This document shows positions 7,320-17,704 of a stretch of DNA of 42,893 bases, piece after piece. The notes under the pieces are model-generated. The model saw only the letters and a program-made list of their open reading frames with translations. It was not told the origin of the DNA and searched no databases. Every line of letters starts with the position of its first letter. Position 1 is the stretch's first letter. A program made the translations under genes and the position numbers. Source of the stretch: a virus (lineage: Duplodnaviria; Caudoviricetes); IMG/VR virus record IMGVR_UViG_3300044960_000121, positions 1 through 42,893 of that record; one strand, written 5' to 3'.

Positions 7320-8183
7320 ATGAAAATCTTAAACGTTGAACAAAACACGCCTGAGTGGCATGAGCTACGTAGGACACACATAGGGGCTTCTGACGCACCA
7401 ATCATAATGGGAGTATCTCCATACATGACGCCTTTGGAGTTATGGAGATATAAGCTTGAAAACCTTGAGCCTCAAGGCTTTCAAGACAACGAGATTTTAA
7501 AAAAAGGGCATGAATGCGAAATTATTGCAAGAGAGATTTTCAATAACACATACAACACTAATCTTAAACCTTGTGTGTGTCAGTCTGATAGTAGGCAGTA
7601 CTGCATTGCATCTTTAGATGGATTAGATATTGAAAAAAATTTAATTGTAGAATTTAAATATGTTGGAAAACAAGATTTTGATAATGGCAAAATATTGCAA
7701 CATCATGAGCCGCAATTGTTACATCAATGCTATGTTTGTGAGACTGATAGAGTTTTATATGTGCTTTATAATGATTTTTACAACACTATTAAAGTGATTG
7801 AGTATTTGCGTGATGAAAAAAAATTAAAAACACTTTTAAAAAAAGAAGAAGAGTTTTATAAGTGCATGACTGACAAAGTGCCGCCTGAACCCACTGACAA
7901 GGATTTTTATGTGGTAGATGATAGTGAGCTATCAACATTAATAGATGAATATAAAAAATTAAATGAAGAGTTAAAAAATTTAGAACAAAAACAAAAAGAG
8001 CTAAAAGATAAAATTTTAAATCATGAGATTATAAAATCTCATCAAAGAGTTTTAATTAATGATACAAAGATTTTTGAAATAGTACGCCGTGGAAGCATTG
8101 ATACGCAACGCTTACAAGAGGAGTTAAAAATTGATTTAGAAAAGTATAGAAAAGAAAACATTAAATATTGGATCATCAAATAA
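7320..8183 (+). CDS. YqaJ / lambda-exonuclease family nuclease
   Basis: QNTPEW...R..IGASD, G...E, ASLDG, VEFK, Q...Q motifs; GGAG before ATG 7320. Confidence 0.9.
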   Translation: MKILNVEQNTPEWHELRRTHIGASDAPIIMGVSPYMTPLELWRYKLENLEPQGFQDNEILKKGHECEIIAREIFNNTYNTNLKPCVCQSDSRQYCIASLDGLDIEKNLIVEFKYVGKQDFDNGKILQHHEPQLLHQCYVCETDRVLYVLYNDFYNTIKVIEYLRDEKKLKTLLKKEEEFYKCMTDKVPPEPTDKDFYVVDDSELSTLIDEYKKLNEELKNLEQKQKELKDKILNHEIIKSHQRVLINDTKIFEIVRRGSIDTQRLQEELKIDLEKYRKENIKYWIIK

Positions 8184-8199
8184 AACAAAGGAGAAAAAA

Positions 8200-9174
8200 A
8201 TGAAAAGAAAAACAAAAAAAGAAAAGCAAGAATTGCATTACAAAGTTTTAGAGATTTTAGATAATCATGAATTAGATGAAAAGTTTATAACATATAGATC
8301 TCCAGGTGGGGTTTTTTTGGCAAAGCTACATGACAACGGAGTTATAACTGATGTTAGCATTAATGAACTTAAAAAATTTTTATATAAATTCTTAAAAACA
8401 CATTACCGTGAATTTTCATTAACACACAAAGATTGTGATGAGATTGCGGAGTGGTATGTGGATTTATATGATACGTTTGAAGAACCATTGGTTTTTAAAT
8501 TTAAAGGTAATGCTGCATATGCAAGGCACATCATACCTTTTGAGCTTAACATGTCTAGCATATCAGATGAAGAATTGAAAAATAAAGCTCCGCATTGGAA
8601 TATGATTTTAAATGCGTGTTCGAGGGTAGAAAATTATACTTATTTTAAAGGATGTAAAGAAGATTTTTGTTATTTTTTGGCTACGCTTTTTGATTTAAAT
8701 GCAAAAAGAGACAAGTATCTATGGCTATGTGGAGACAACAAAATCACTAATGCTATACTTAACGCATTGGAATGGGCTTTTGGCAGTACTTTTTTTAATT
8801 CTTATCCGCCAAAACACTATGGAATATTTTGGAGGAATGAACTAATTGGCAAGCGTGTTGTAGTGTTTAAAGATTGTGATGATTATCAACAAGAAGACTA
8901 TCAAGGCACAATGATAGCATCACACAATAATGTTATAACAATATTCCAAAGGCGTAAGCCGCAATTTCAATCACGCATGCATTGCAAATTTATTTTTACA
9001 TCAAAAGAAATGCCAAAAGATTTAATAAAAAAAGAAGAGAGATTTATACCTTGCAGAATTTTAAAATTTAAAATTGATAATAATTTTGGAAATCATTTAA
9101 TTGATGAAGCGCCTATATTTTTTAACTATTGTTATAATTTTTATCAAAGTATAATCAATAATAGTAATGCCTAA
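8200..9174 (+). CDS. Degenerate paralog of the SF3 helicase, P-loop lost
   Basis: Aligns by eye to 9861..11378 (APHW, FC.FL..LFD, YLW..G, WAFG.T, KR.V.F.DC, CK.IF.S) but has GDNKITN in place of GAGQNSKS. Confidence 0.75.
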   Translation: MKRKTKKEKQELHYKVLEILDNHELDEKFITYRSPGGVFLAKLHDNGVITDVSINELKKFLYKFLKTHYREFSLTHKDCDEIAEWYVDLYDTFEEPLVFKFKGNAAYARHIIPFELNMSSISDEELKNKAPHWNMILNACSRVENYTYFKGCKEDFCYFLATLFDLNAKRDKYLWLCGDNKITNAILNALEWAFGSTFFNSYPPKHYGIFWRNELIGKRVVVFKDCDDYQQEDYQGTMIASHNNVITIFQRRKPQFQSRMHCKFIFTSKEMPKDLIKKEERFIPCRILKFKIDNNFGNHLIDEAPIFFNYCYNFYQSIINNSNA

Positions 9175-9216
9175 AAGGTTTGTTAGTCAAGGCTTTTAGG
9201 CTATATAAGGATAGAT

Positions 9217-9864
9217 ATGGATATCATTGAGCTAATTAAAAAGAAGTATGATTGTGATAGTGATGTGCTAGCTCATTATGCAATTGCAAAACATGAGCTA
9301 GTACAACAATCAAAATATTTTAAACGAAAAAAATTAGATACTTTAAAAATTGATTATAGCAACATTAAAGCAATTAAAAAACCTTATGATGTTATAAGCC
9401 TTGTTGTGCCTTTGTTTGACATATCAACATCTGAGATAAAAAATATTCAATACATTGATGATGACGGCACAAAGATGTTTTTAGCAGGCAAGACTACTAA
9501 TGGGCTTGCATACGTTTTTAATGGAGATGAGAGTGAGGTTTTTATATGCGAAGGTTTTGCTACTGCGGCGACTATACATGCGGCAACAGGCAAAACAACA
9601 TATGCCGCAATGAGTTGTATTAATTTGATTGATGTTTATAAAATTCTTAAATTTAAGTATAAAGCTAATCAGATAGTTTTTGCACTAGATTATGATTTAA
9701 TGTTTTCTAATTCAATGGAAATAAAAAAGTTGTTTTGTCAAAAGTATAATATCGCAATTGCAATATGTGATGATGAAGAAGATACAACAACAAAGGATTT
9801 TAATGATATTTTAATCAAATACGATTTAGAAACTGTTAAAAGGATGATAGAAGAAAGACTATGA
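9217..9864 (+). CDS. Toprim-domain primase
   Basis: QYID.DG.K.FL.G, ICEGFATA, ALDYD, KDFND. Confidence 0.8.
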   Translation: MDIIELIKKKYDCDSDVLAHYAIAKHELVQQSKYFKRKKLDTLKIDYSNIKAIKKPYDVISLVVPLFDISTSEIKNIQYIDDDGTKMFLAGKTTNGLAYVFNGDESEVFICEGFATAATIHAATGKTTYAAMSCINLIDVYKILKFKYKANQIVFALDYDLMFSNSMEIKKLFCQKYNIAIAICDDEEDTTTKDFNDILIKYDLETVKRMIEERL

Positions 9865-11378
9865 GCAATTTAAAAGACAAAAAATTTAAAACACAAAATT
9901 ACACTTATAACGAAAATGAAGAAAATTGGGTTTATTTTTGTACTTACGATCATAGCACTATATTCATGTTTGAGAAAAACAAAAAAACACTAACAAAAAA
10001 ATATATTAAAGCAAAGCTCAAGGAGTATAGGCATATCACATGCAAGGACTCGCCTTTTTCCTATGTTCCGCCGCAAGTTTTTCAAAAAAAAACAAAAGTG
10101 GACAAATGCTATATTGTTGCTGATTTAATTGAGAATGGATATTTGGACAAGGAATTTGTGCTTTACACAACGCAAGGCAGTTCAATGATGTTAGCAGAGT
10201 TAGGAGATTACAATGTTATAAAAAATGTATATTTAGAAGATTTAAAAAAGAGTTTAACTAAATTTTGTGTTCACTACAAACAGTACTTAAATTTTTCGCC
10301 TGAAGATATTAGAAAAACTATGACTTTGTTTTTAGATAAAACTGACGTTATAAGAAACCCTTTGCTTTTTAGATTCAGATATGAAATTGCTCATGCCTTG
10401 CATGTTATTCCTTTTGATGTTGATTTATCAGGGGCTACAACGTTTGATACTGAAAAATACGCTCCGCATTGGCATGATATTTTGATGAGATGCTCAAACC
10501 CTGAAATGTTTTGTGCGTTTTTAGGCTCATTGTTTGATAGAGATAGCGATTTACAGCATTATCTATGGATGTATGGGGCAGGGCAAAATTCAAAAAGCAC
10601 AATCTTAAATGTTTTACATTGGGCGTTTGGACCTACTTATTGCTCATCAATGGTTTTAAACGATGATAAATTTTGGACCTACGATATACTGAATAAACGT
10701 ATAGTTGCATTTGCAGATTGTAAAGAAGGATTTATAGAATCTCATACATTTAAATCATTGACAGGGGGAGATTTAATTAGAATTGAGCCGAAAGGCAAAC
10801 AAGCCTATAACATTAAGCCTACATGCAAATTAATTTTTGCATCAAATGCAAGACCTGAAATTTCTAACACAATAGCCGATAAAAGAAGAATAATAATGTG
10901 TTCTTTTGAGCCTATTAAAGGTGAGCCAATGCAACATTATCCTGACCTTTTAAAAAATGAAGCATTTTATTTTTTCAATTATTGTTTTCACATTTACAAA
11001 AAAAATAGCATTAATGGAAAACTCATATATAACTATAATGAAAGCATTGATATTCAAGGGCTTGTTGAGGAATCTAATGCGGAATATGAAAGAGTTTTTA
11101 AAAATTCATTTGTGTTAGATGAAAGACAAGTTAGTGAAAACGAAAAATATAGGTTTTCTGCAACAGAATTGGATAAAGTTGTAAACTACCATTGCAACGA
11201 CAAAAATAAAAAACAATGGAAGAAAAAATTTTTAGATTACATTATGAGCACGTATAAGATTGTCTACAAGCCAATCAAAGTGAAAGGCAAGGTTGTGTGG
11301 ACGTATGTAGGGGCATATGTTAACATTGGATTTAGAGATTTAGACAGTGAGCAAAGCGGCAAGTCTCATAGGCCATGA
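9861..11378 (+). CDS. D5/P4-type superfamily 3 helicase
   Basis: GAGQNSKST Walker A, FK.LTGGD.I..E.KG, KLIFASN..P, RRII. Confidence 0.85.
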   Translation: MSNLKDKKFKTQNYTYNENEENWVYFCTYDHSTIFMFEKNKKTLTKKYIKAKLKEYRHITCKDSPFSYVPPQVFQKKTKVDKCYIVADLIENGYLDKEFVLYTTQGSSMMLAELGDYNVIKNVYLEDLKKSLTKFCVHYKQYLNFSPEDIRKTMTLFLDKTDVIRNPLLFRFRYEIAHALHVIPFDVDLSGATTFDTEKYAPHWHDILMRCSNPEMFCAFLGSLFDRDSDLQHYLWMYGAGQNSKSTILNVLHWAFGPTYCSSMVLNDDKFWTYDILNKRIVAFADCKEGFIESHTFKSLTGGDLIRIEPKGKQAYNIKPTCKLIFASNARPEISNTIADKRRIIMCSFEPIKGEPMQHYPDLLKNEAFYFFNYCFHIYKKNSINGKLIYNYNESIDIQGLVEESNAEYERVFKNSFVLDERQVSENEKYRFSATELDKVVNYHCNDKNKKQWKKKFLDYIMSTYKIVYKPIKVKGKVVWTYVGAYVNIGFRDLDSEQSGKSHRP

Positions 11379-11381
11379 GCA

Positions 11382-12425
11382 TCAAGGCTTTTGCGGGTTT
11401 TTGTGTTTTATAAAAATTCTTTTATATAATTCTTTTCCATTTATGAAAACAGGCTTGCCATACATTACTCCGTTGTAATATTCTTTAAATGTACTTGTAC
11501 CTAGTATCTCAAATTGATAACTATTATATTTATCTAAAAAAGAAACAGGTAACCCCATTATTCCATCATAATCATTAGGTATTGCATCAGTATAAGGCAC
11601 TTCAATAGCATCATAGTTATCATATTTTTTATATGAATTATTGTTGTTTTGGATTTTTTTGTTATGTTTTAAATTTTCATTCATTGATTTTAGTTTTAGA
11701 GGTTTTGGTTGTTTTCCATGTTGCAAATTTGTAAACCATCGTATTCGGCTTACTCTTATATACTTTTTACCGCTCTTATCTACTCTATACACCGCCGCAT
11801 TGAGCGGGTACTCACTAGGCACTAAAAACTCCCTATCGCCGCTCCTTATGCTATGTCCTAACCATACAATATTATTTTTTATTAAATAAAAAACATCTTT
11901 GTAAGTGATTGCATTCATATTACCAAGTACTAAAAACTTTTTATTATGCTCAATCAATAATTTAAAAAAATATCTAAACAGTGAATAAGGCGGATTGGTT
12001 ACTATAATATCTGATTGTTTTAATATTTCAATGCATTCAGGACTACGAAAATCGCCATTGCCGTTTAGTGTTGTTAATTCGTTTTTTTTGTTTTTCAAAA
12101 TTTGATTAATAACGTCAATTAGGCTTGTATCAAGGCTTTCAGGCACTTCATTGACTTCATTTATTATTAGTTTTTTACCATTTCCGTTTTTGCTATAACA
12201 AGTGGCTATGAGAGTTTTTAATTTAAATTTATTAAAATTAAAAATAAAATATTTTATAAAATTGCTTTTTGTAGGCTCATCACAATTGCAATATATGGTT
12301 TTGTTTCTGAATACATTGATATCATGTTCATAATAAACATTAACTTCTTTTTCTATATCTTCGTACAAAGTATAGAACTCATCACATTTCGCTTTTCTTG
12401 CATTGTTTAGATTTTTGTTTTTCAT
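11382..12425 (-). CDS. EcoRI-family adenine DNA methyltransferase, copy 2
   Basis: DEFYT, IYCNCD, GDFRS.EC, IVTNPPYS, YDNYDAIEV, FLDKY. Confidence 0.88.
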   Translation of the reverse strand: MKNKNLNNARKAKCDEFYTLYEDIEKEVNVYYEHDINVFRNKTIYCNCDEPTKSNFIKYFIFNFNKFKLKTLIATCYSKNGNGKKLIINEVNEVPESLDTSLIDVINQILKNKKNELTTLNGNGDFRSPECIEILKQSDIIVTNPPYSLFRYFFKLLIEHNKKFLVLGNMNAITYKDVFYLIKNNIVWLGHSIRSGDREFLVPSEYPLNAAVYRVDKSGKKYIRVSRIRWFTNLQHGKQPKPLKLKSMNENLKHNKKIQNNNNSYKKYDNYDAIEVPYTDAIPNDYDGIMGLPVSFLDKYNSYQFEILGTSTFKEYYNGVMYGKPVFINGKELYKRIFIKHKNPQKP

Positions 12426-13462
12426 TTTTGTTTATTTTTGTGTTTTATAAAAATTCTGTTGAAAACCTCTTTTCCATTTATATAAGGTGATCTTCCATAA
12501 ATTTTATTTGGATCTTGGTAAATGCCACGGGTTGAGCCTAAAATCTCAAACTGATCAGGATTATATTTATCTAAAAAACTAATCGGGACACCCATTACTC
12601 CCTCATAATCGCTAGGTATTGCATCGGTATAAGGCACTTCAATAGCATCGTAATTATCGTATTTTTTGTAGGCATTAGGGTTTTTTTGGATTTTTTTATT
12701 GTGTTTTAGATTATACTGCATTGTTTTTAATCTTAATGGCTTGGGTTGTTTTCCGTGTTCTAAATTTGTAAACCATCTGATTGCGTCTATTTTTATGTAC
12801 TTGTTGCCATTATCATCTACAAAATAATTTTTTGAATATAGATTATATTCATCAGAAACTAAAAAAATCATATTGCCGCCTCTAGTGCTATGACCTAGCC
12901 ACATTTTATTTTGTTTTATCTGCGAAAAAACACCCGTATACGTTACTGCGTTTAGGTTTCCTACTATCAAAAATTTTTTTTCATATAGAAAAAGTAACTT
13001 AAAAAATTCATGCAATAAAGAGAAAGGCGGATTAGTTATTATAATGTCGGATTGTTTTAACAGCTCAACACATTCATCACTTCGAAAATCTCCGTTGCCG
13101 TTTAATGTTGTTAGCTCATTGTTTTTGTTTCTTACTAATCTATTAACAATACCAACAAGGCTTGCATCAAGGCTTTCAAAGATATCGTTAGTTTCATTGA
13201 CTACTAGTTTTAACCCTTTGCTATCTTTTTTGTAACAAGTTGCAATCAATCTTTTTAATCCAAATTTTTTGAAGTTTAAAACAAAGTACTTTGCAAAGTT
13301 GCTTTTGTATGGATTATCGCAATTGCAATATATTACTTTGTCTCTGAATACATCTTTATCATACTCATAATATATGTTTATCTCTTTTTCGATATAATGG
13401 TATAAAGTATAAAACTCTACGTTTTTCTCTTTTTGTTGCCTGTTTAGCCTTTGACCCCTCAT
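12422..13462 (-). CDS. EcoRI-family adenine DNA methyltransferase, copy 1
   Basis: EFYT, IYCNCDNP, GDFRS.EC, ITNPPFS, MGVPISFLDKYNPDQFEILG. Confidence 0.88.
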   Translation of the reverse strand: MRGQRLNRQQKEKNVEFYTLYHYIEKEINIYYEYDKDVFRDKVIYCNCDNPYKSNFAKYFVLNFKKFGLKRLIATCYKKDSKGLKLVVNETNDIFESLDASLVGIVNRLVRNKNNELTTLNGNGDFRSDECVELLKQSDIIITNPPFSLLHEFFKLLFLYEKKFLIVGNLNAVTYTGVFSQIKQNKMWLGHSTRGGNMIFLVSDEYNLYSKNYFVDDNGNKYIKIDAIRWFTNLEHGKQPKPLRLKTMQYNLKHNKKIQKNPNAYKKYDNYDAIEVPYTDAIPSDYEGVMGVPISFLDKYNPDQFEILGSTRGIYQDPNKIYGRSPYINGKEVFNRIFIKHKNKQK

Positions 13463-13689
13463 GTCCTTTGCTATTCAATGTGTTTAGTGATTTATTTTTA
13501 TTATTTAAAAATCAGATAAGAATGTCAAAATCAAATAACGCATAAAAAAATCATCTTTATTCAATCAGTGCATAATTCAAGCAATACATAAAAAACACAT
13601 ATTTATTCGTTTTTCTTATAATTCAATTAACGCATATCATCATAGTTTTTTATTCATTTTTGAAATTATGCATGAAATAAATTATTAAC

Positions 13690-14160
13690 TTTTGGTAATT
13701 CATTTTGAGAATAATATTAAAATTTGATTAGAAAATGAGTTAAAAAAGGTAAAGTGTGAAATTTTTATAATCAAAATCTCATGAAAGATTGATTAAAAAA
13801 ACAATTAAAAAATGATTAATTTTGACTGTTTTTTATTTTGATTTTGCAAATAACAAAAAAAAGTTTATGGTAAGTAGTGCTCGAAAAATGTGCAAATGAG
13901 CTAATTTAATAAAATTCTCATCAAAAAAATGAAAGGTAAAGTGTTTACTTTTAAAAAAAATTTACCTTTTACCTTACCCACTTTTTATTAATTATTTTAA
14001 TTATTTATACTTATTTTTTTTATTATTTTTTTTGGTAAACCTTACCTTTTAATATTGTAAAATATATTTCCTTATATATATATATAATAATATATATATA
14101 GAGAAGAAAAGTATAGAGCGATGGTAAAATGCACTTTACCTAACTTACCTACTTACCCTT
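13690..14160. other. Candidate replication origin
   Basis: Very AT-rich non-coding DNA with many GGTAA/TTACC units in both orientations, AAAGGTAAAGTG twice, and (TA)n tracts. Confidence 0.55.
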
Positions 14161-14280
14161 AATTTTTTAATGAATTTTTAATTTGACTTGCTATTAGATG
14201 TGAGCACAAAAAAAATAAAAAACACAAATAAAAAATAAAACACACAAAGATAGTTTTAAGCTTACAATTTTGTTTTTTGT

Positions 14281-14309
14281 TTGTCAAGTGGTTTTTTAAA
14301 TGCTATGAT
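14281..14309 (+). promoter_or_regulatory. Sigma70-like promoter of the packaging/late operon
   Basis: TTGTCA-N17-TATGAT with extended TG. Confidence 0.6.
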
Positions 14310-14354
14310 TTAAAATATATATAATATATATTAAAATTTTTAATCTAGCAAAAG

Positions 14355-14627
14355 ATGAGACTTATACCTGACAAAAAGTTGTTGTTAAAATTGGATTATA
14401 AAATTGATACTGAAATGCGAAAGCTTGTCTATTGGCTTATCTGCAATGTTCACCCAGGTATTAGCATGACGCAATTCATCGAAGAGGCAATAACAAAGTA
14501 TATGAATGAAGTCAAACAAAAATATAATGTTCCTCCTTTAGATGATGTTGAAATTTATCACTTTAATATGAAGCGTCCAAAATCAATATTGCCTAAAACC
14601 GTTGATAGTCAAGGCATTCAAAGATGA
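14355..14627 (+). CDS. Hypothetical, possible ribbon-helix-helix DNA-binding protein
   Basis: Strand-helix-helix pattern ending SMTQFIEEAITKY. Confidence 0.45.
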   Translation: MRLIPDKKLLLKLDYKIDTEMRKLVYWLICNVHPGISMTQFIEEAITKYMNEVKQKYNVPPLDDVEIYHFNMKRPKSILPKTVDSQGIQR

Positions 14628-15079
14628 GAGAATTAACACAAAAAGAAGAAGAAATATTGATAGAAGGATTAACATGGAACATTCCGCATGCGTGGATATG
14701 CGGCAAGAACAAAATTACACCTAATTACTTTTACAATTTAATTGAACTAGATAAAAACAAACAAGAAAAGGGAAAGTATACACAAGAGGCATACGCACGC
14801 AAGTACGATGTTGTTATGAGTGTTATCAGAGTTTTGTATGAGCAAGCTATCAAAAAGAAAAATCTAGCAGCTTGCAAAATTCTTTTGGACTTATTAGGAA
14901 TGATAAAAGAAGAGAACAAAGTTGTGATTGAGGGCACAATCTCACATGAGTTATCATTAGCATCAATAAGGGAAGAGCTTGCAAAATTGGCTCAGGACAA
15001 GGCTCACAGAGAGATGAAAAAACAAATAATCGAAGCGGAGCTAATTCACAATGATGAAACAAACACTAAAAACAATTGA
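14624..15079 (+). CDS. Probable terminase small subunit
   Basis: Directly upstream of TerL; N-terminal HTH-like region. Confidence 0.55.
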   Translation: MRELTQKEEEILIEGLTWNIPHAWICGKNKITPNYFYNLIELDKNKQEKGKYTQEAYARKYDVVMSVIRVLYEQAIKKKNLAACKILLDLLGMIKEENKVVIEGTISHELSLASIREELAKLAQDKAHREMKKQIIEAELIHNDETNTKNN

Positions 15080-16442
15080 TAATTACCTTTGGATGTTATA
15101 CCCACACATATTTGCCTACGTTGCATCAAAAGCTAAATGGATACCATACAAATTTTTGCGTTACATTTCTGATGTGATAAGCAATGCAATCTTTGACGGC
15201 GCAGGACGAATAATTATTAATGTGCCTCCTAGGCACGGCAAAAGCATGTTTGTCTCATTTTGGCTTCCTTGTTGGTTTTTAAATTTGTATCCTCACAAAA
15301 ACGTTTTGCTTGTCTCATATGAGGCAGACTTTGCCGCATCTTTTGGGCGAAGAGTTAGAAATGAATTGATGAGCAATCCAAAATTAAGAGTTCCGATAAA
15401 TGTAGACACAACAGCCGCAAACCGTTGGTACACAAGCGAAGGCGGCGGCATGGTGTCAATGGGCATAGGAGGGGCTATAACAGGTAGAGGGGCAGATTTA
15501 ATAATTGTAGATGACCCAATCAAAAATTGGATTGAGGCAACATCTCAAACATATCAAGAGCGAACATTTGATTGGTTTCGCTCAGTGCTGCTAACACGTT
15601 GTGAGCCACATACTACTGTGATTTTACTCATGACCCGTTGGCATGAGAATGACTTAACAGGCAAGCTATTAAGATATCATGCCGACGAATGGCAACATAT
15701 ATCTTTGCCTGCTATTTGCAATTCTGATAATGACCCAATTGGAAGAAAAATTGGCGAAGCTTTATGTCCACAGCGTTTTGATTTACAAAAATTAGAAAAA
15801 CTAAAAAAATCTTTAGGAACTCACATTTTTAACGCAATGTATCAACAAGAACCTACAAATCCAAAAGCAGTTATAAAAAGGCATCATTTTAGATTTTACG
15901 AAAGCCTTGATACTCAAGCTTTTGAGGAGATTTTTCAATCATGGGATTTAGCTTTAACAGATAATGAAAAATCTTCATTCGTTGTTGGGCAAGTTTGGGG
16001 TGTTAAAAACGGAGATTATTATCTCATTGACCAAATTAGGGCACAATTGGATTTTTCTGATACAATAAAAGCATTCATTTCTTTGTCAGAACAATACCCA
16101 AAAGCCTACAAAAAAATAGTTGAAAACAAAGCATCGGGACTTCCTCTTATTAGCATACTACGCAGAAGAGTATACGGCATAATCGCACACAATCCGCAAG
16201 GCTCAAAGCTTATGCGGCTTATGAGTGTACTACATCTTTTTGAGGCGGGTAGAGTATACCTTCCCGCTCATGCTCAATGGGTTGAAGACTACATCTATGA
16301 GCTCACAACATTCCCCGATTGTGAGCATGACGATCAAGTGGATGCAACAACGCAAGCGTTATATTTGTTTCAAAGCTCAAAAAGTTATGATAAAATTACA
16401 CCATTAGAGATTTTAAAAAACAAGTATGATTTAGAGGTTTAA
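15051..16442 (+). CDS. terL: Terminase large subunit
   Basis: PPRHGKS, GRGADLIIVDDP, MTRWH..DL, SWDLA, VENKASG, HDDQVDA. Confidence 0.95.
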   Translation: MMKQTLKTIDNYLWMLYPHIFAYVASKAKWIPYKFLRYISDVISNAIFDGAGRIIINVPPRHGKSMFVSFWLPCWFLNLYPHKNVLLVSYEADFAASFGRRVRNELMSNPKLRVPINVDTTAANRWYTSEGGGMVSMGIGGAITGRGADLIIVDDPIKNWIEATSQTYQERTFDWFRSVLLTRCEPHTTVILLMTRWHENDLTGKLLRYHADEWQHISLPAICNSDNDPIGRKIGEALCPQRFDLQKLEKLKKSLGTHIFNAMYQQEPTNPKAVIKRHHFRFYESLDTQAFEEIFQSWDLALTDNEKSSFVVGQVWGVKNGDYYLIDQIRAQLDFSDTIKAFISLSEQYPKAYKKIVENKASGLPLISILRRRVYGIIAHNPQGSKLMRLMSVLHLFEAGRVYLPAHAQWVEDYIYELTTFPDCEHDDQVDATTQALYLFQSSKSYDKITPLEILKNKYDLEV

Positions 16443-16443
16443 A

Positions 16444-17700
16444 ATGGATGAAACAATGCTTTTTGCAGAATTAGGAGAGACAGGGCTACGCCGCCATAGC
16501 GGCATTATCGATGAAGAACCATTGCAAGATTTAAAGGGCTCAAAAGCAATAAAAATTTATAAAGATATGTCTTTGAACGATCCTATTATTGGCGGAATTT
16601 TGTTTGCCATTGAGATGTTAATTCGTGGCGTTGATTGGTACGTTGAGAGTTATAGCGATGACAGGGATGAGGTTATCGCCAAGGAGCTTGTTGAGACTGC
16701 ATTAGACGATATGACAATATCTTTTAAGGATTTAATTGCCGATATTTTGAGTTTTTTAGTTTATGGGTTTTCATTTTTTGAGATTGTCTATAAAAAAAGA
16801 ACAAGCGAAAACTCAAAGTACAATGATGGTTTAATAGGTTGGCGAAAGCTTGCATCTAGGGCTCAAGACACATTATACCGTTGGGAGTTTGACAATGCGG
16901 GCAATCTATTAGGCATGATACAACAATCGCCAATAACATTTAAGTTAATTTTTATACCAATTGAAAAAGCTTTATTGTTTAGAACAACATCAAAAAAGGA
17001 AAACCCAGAAGGCAAAAGCATTTTACGCAACGCCTATCGTCCATACTATTTTAAGCGGCACATTGAAAGCATTGAAGCCGTTGGTGTTGAGAGGGATTTA
17101 GCAGGACTGCCTATTATGTATGTGCCTGCAGAGTATCTAGCTCACAATGCAGATCCACAAGCAAAAGCAATGCTAGAGCATTTCAAAAAAATCATTAGAA
17201 ACATAAGAAGAGATGAGCAAGAGGGTATAATTCTTCCGTCAATGTATGATGAGCAAGGGCATCAGCTTTTTAAGATTGAACTTTTAAGCTCAGGAGGAAA
17301 ACGAAACTTTGATACAAGCACAATCATAAGCCGCTATCAGCAAGAGATTGCAATGAGTGTTTTAGCGGACTTCATACTATTAGGGCATGAAAAAGTTGGC
17401 TCATTTGCATTATCATCATCAAAAACTGAACTTTTTGCTATTGCAATTGGGGCATGGCTAGATACAATTGCAGACACTTTTAATAATGTTGCAATTCCTA
17501 GACTAATAGCCTTAAATCCATTAAAGCCTAAAAATTTACCTGTATTATCGCATACAGATATTGAAACGCTTGACTTGCAAGAGATTTCGCAATTTTTAAC
17601 CTCTCTCACTAATGCAGGAGTTGAGCTTTTCCCTGATGATGAGTTAGAAAATTTCCTACGCAGACAAGCAGGACTACCTGAGAAGAAAATAGAAGGTTAG
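16444..17700 (+). CDS. Portal protein (DUF935 / Mu gp29-like)
   Basis: Follows TerL; YGFS.FEIV, NPEG.SILR..Y, GVERD.AG.P. Confidence 0.85.
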   Translation: MDETMLFAELGETGLRRHSGIIDEEPLQDLKGSKAIKIYKDMSLNDPIIGGILFAIEMLIRGVDWYVESYSDDRDEVIAKELVETALDDMTISFKDLIADILSFLVYGFSFFEIVYKKRTSENSKYNDGLIGWRKLASRAQDTLYRWEFDNAGNLLGMIQQSPITFKLIFIPIEKALLFRTTSKKENPEGKSILRNAYRPYYFKRHIESIEAVGVERDLAGLPIMYVPAEYLAHNADPQAKAMLEHFKKIIRNIRRDEQEGIILPSMYDEQGHQLFKIELLSSGGKRNFDTSTIISRYQQEIAMSVLADFILLGHEKVGSFALSSSKTELFAIAIGAWLDTIADTFNNVAIPRLIALNPLKPKNLPVLSHTDIETLDLQEISQFLTSLTNAGVELFPDDELENFLRRQAGLPEKKIEG

Positions 17701-17704
17701 TTTT

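Noticed and set aside
6982-7320. Lambda-like cI/cro lysogeny switch
   Set aside because: Divergent promoters and one small HTH exist, but no CI-like repressor or integrase is recognisable
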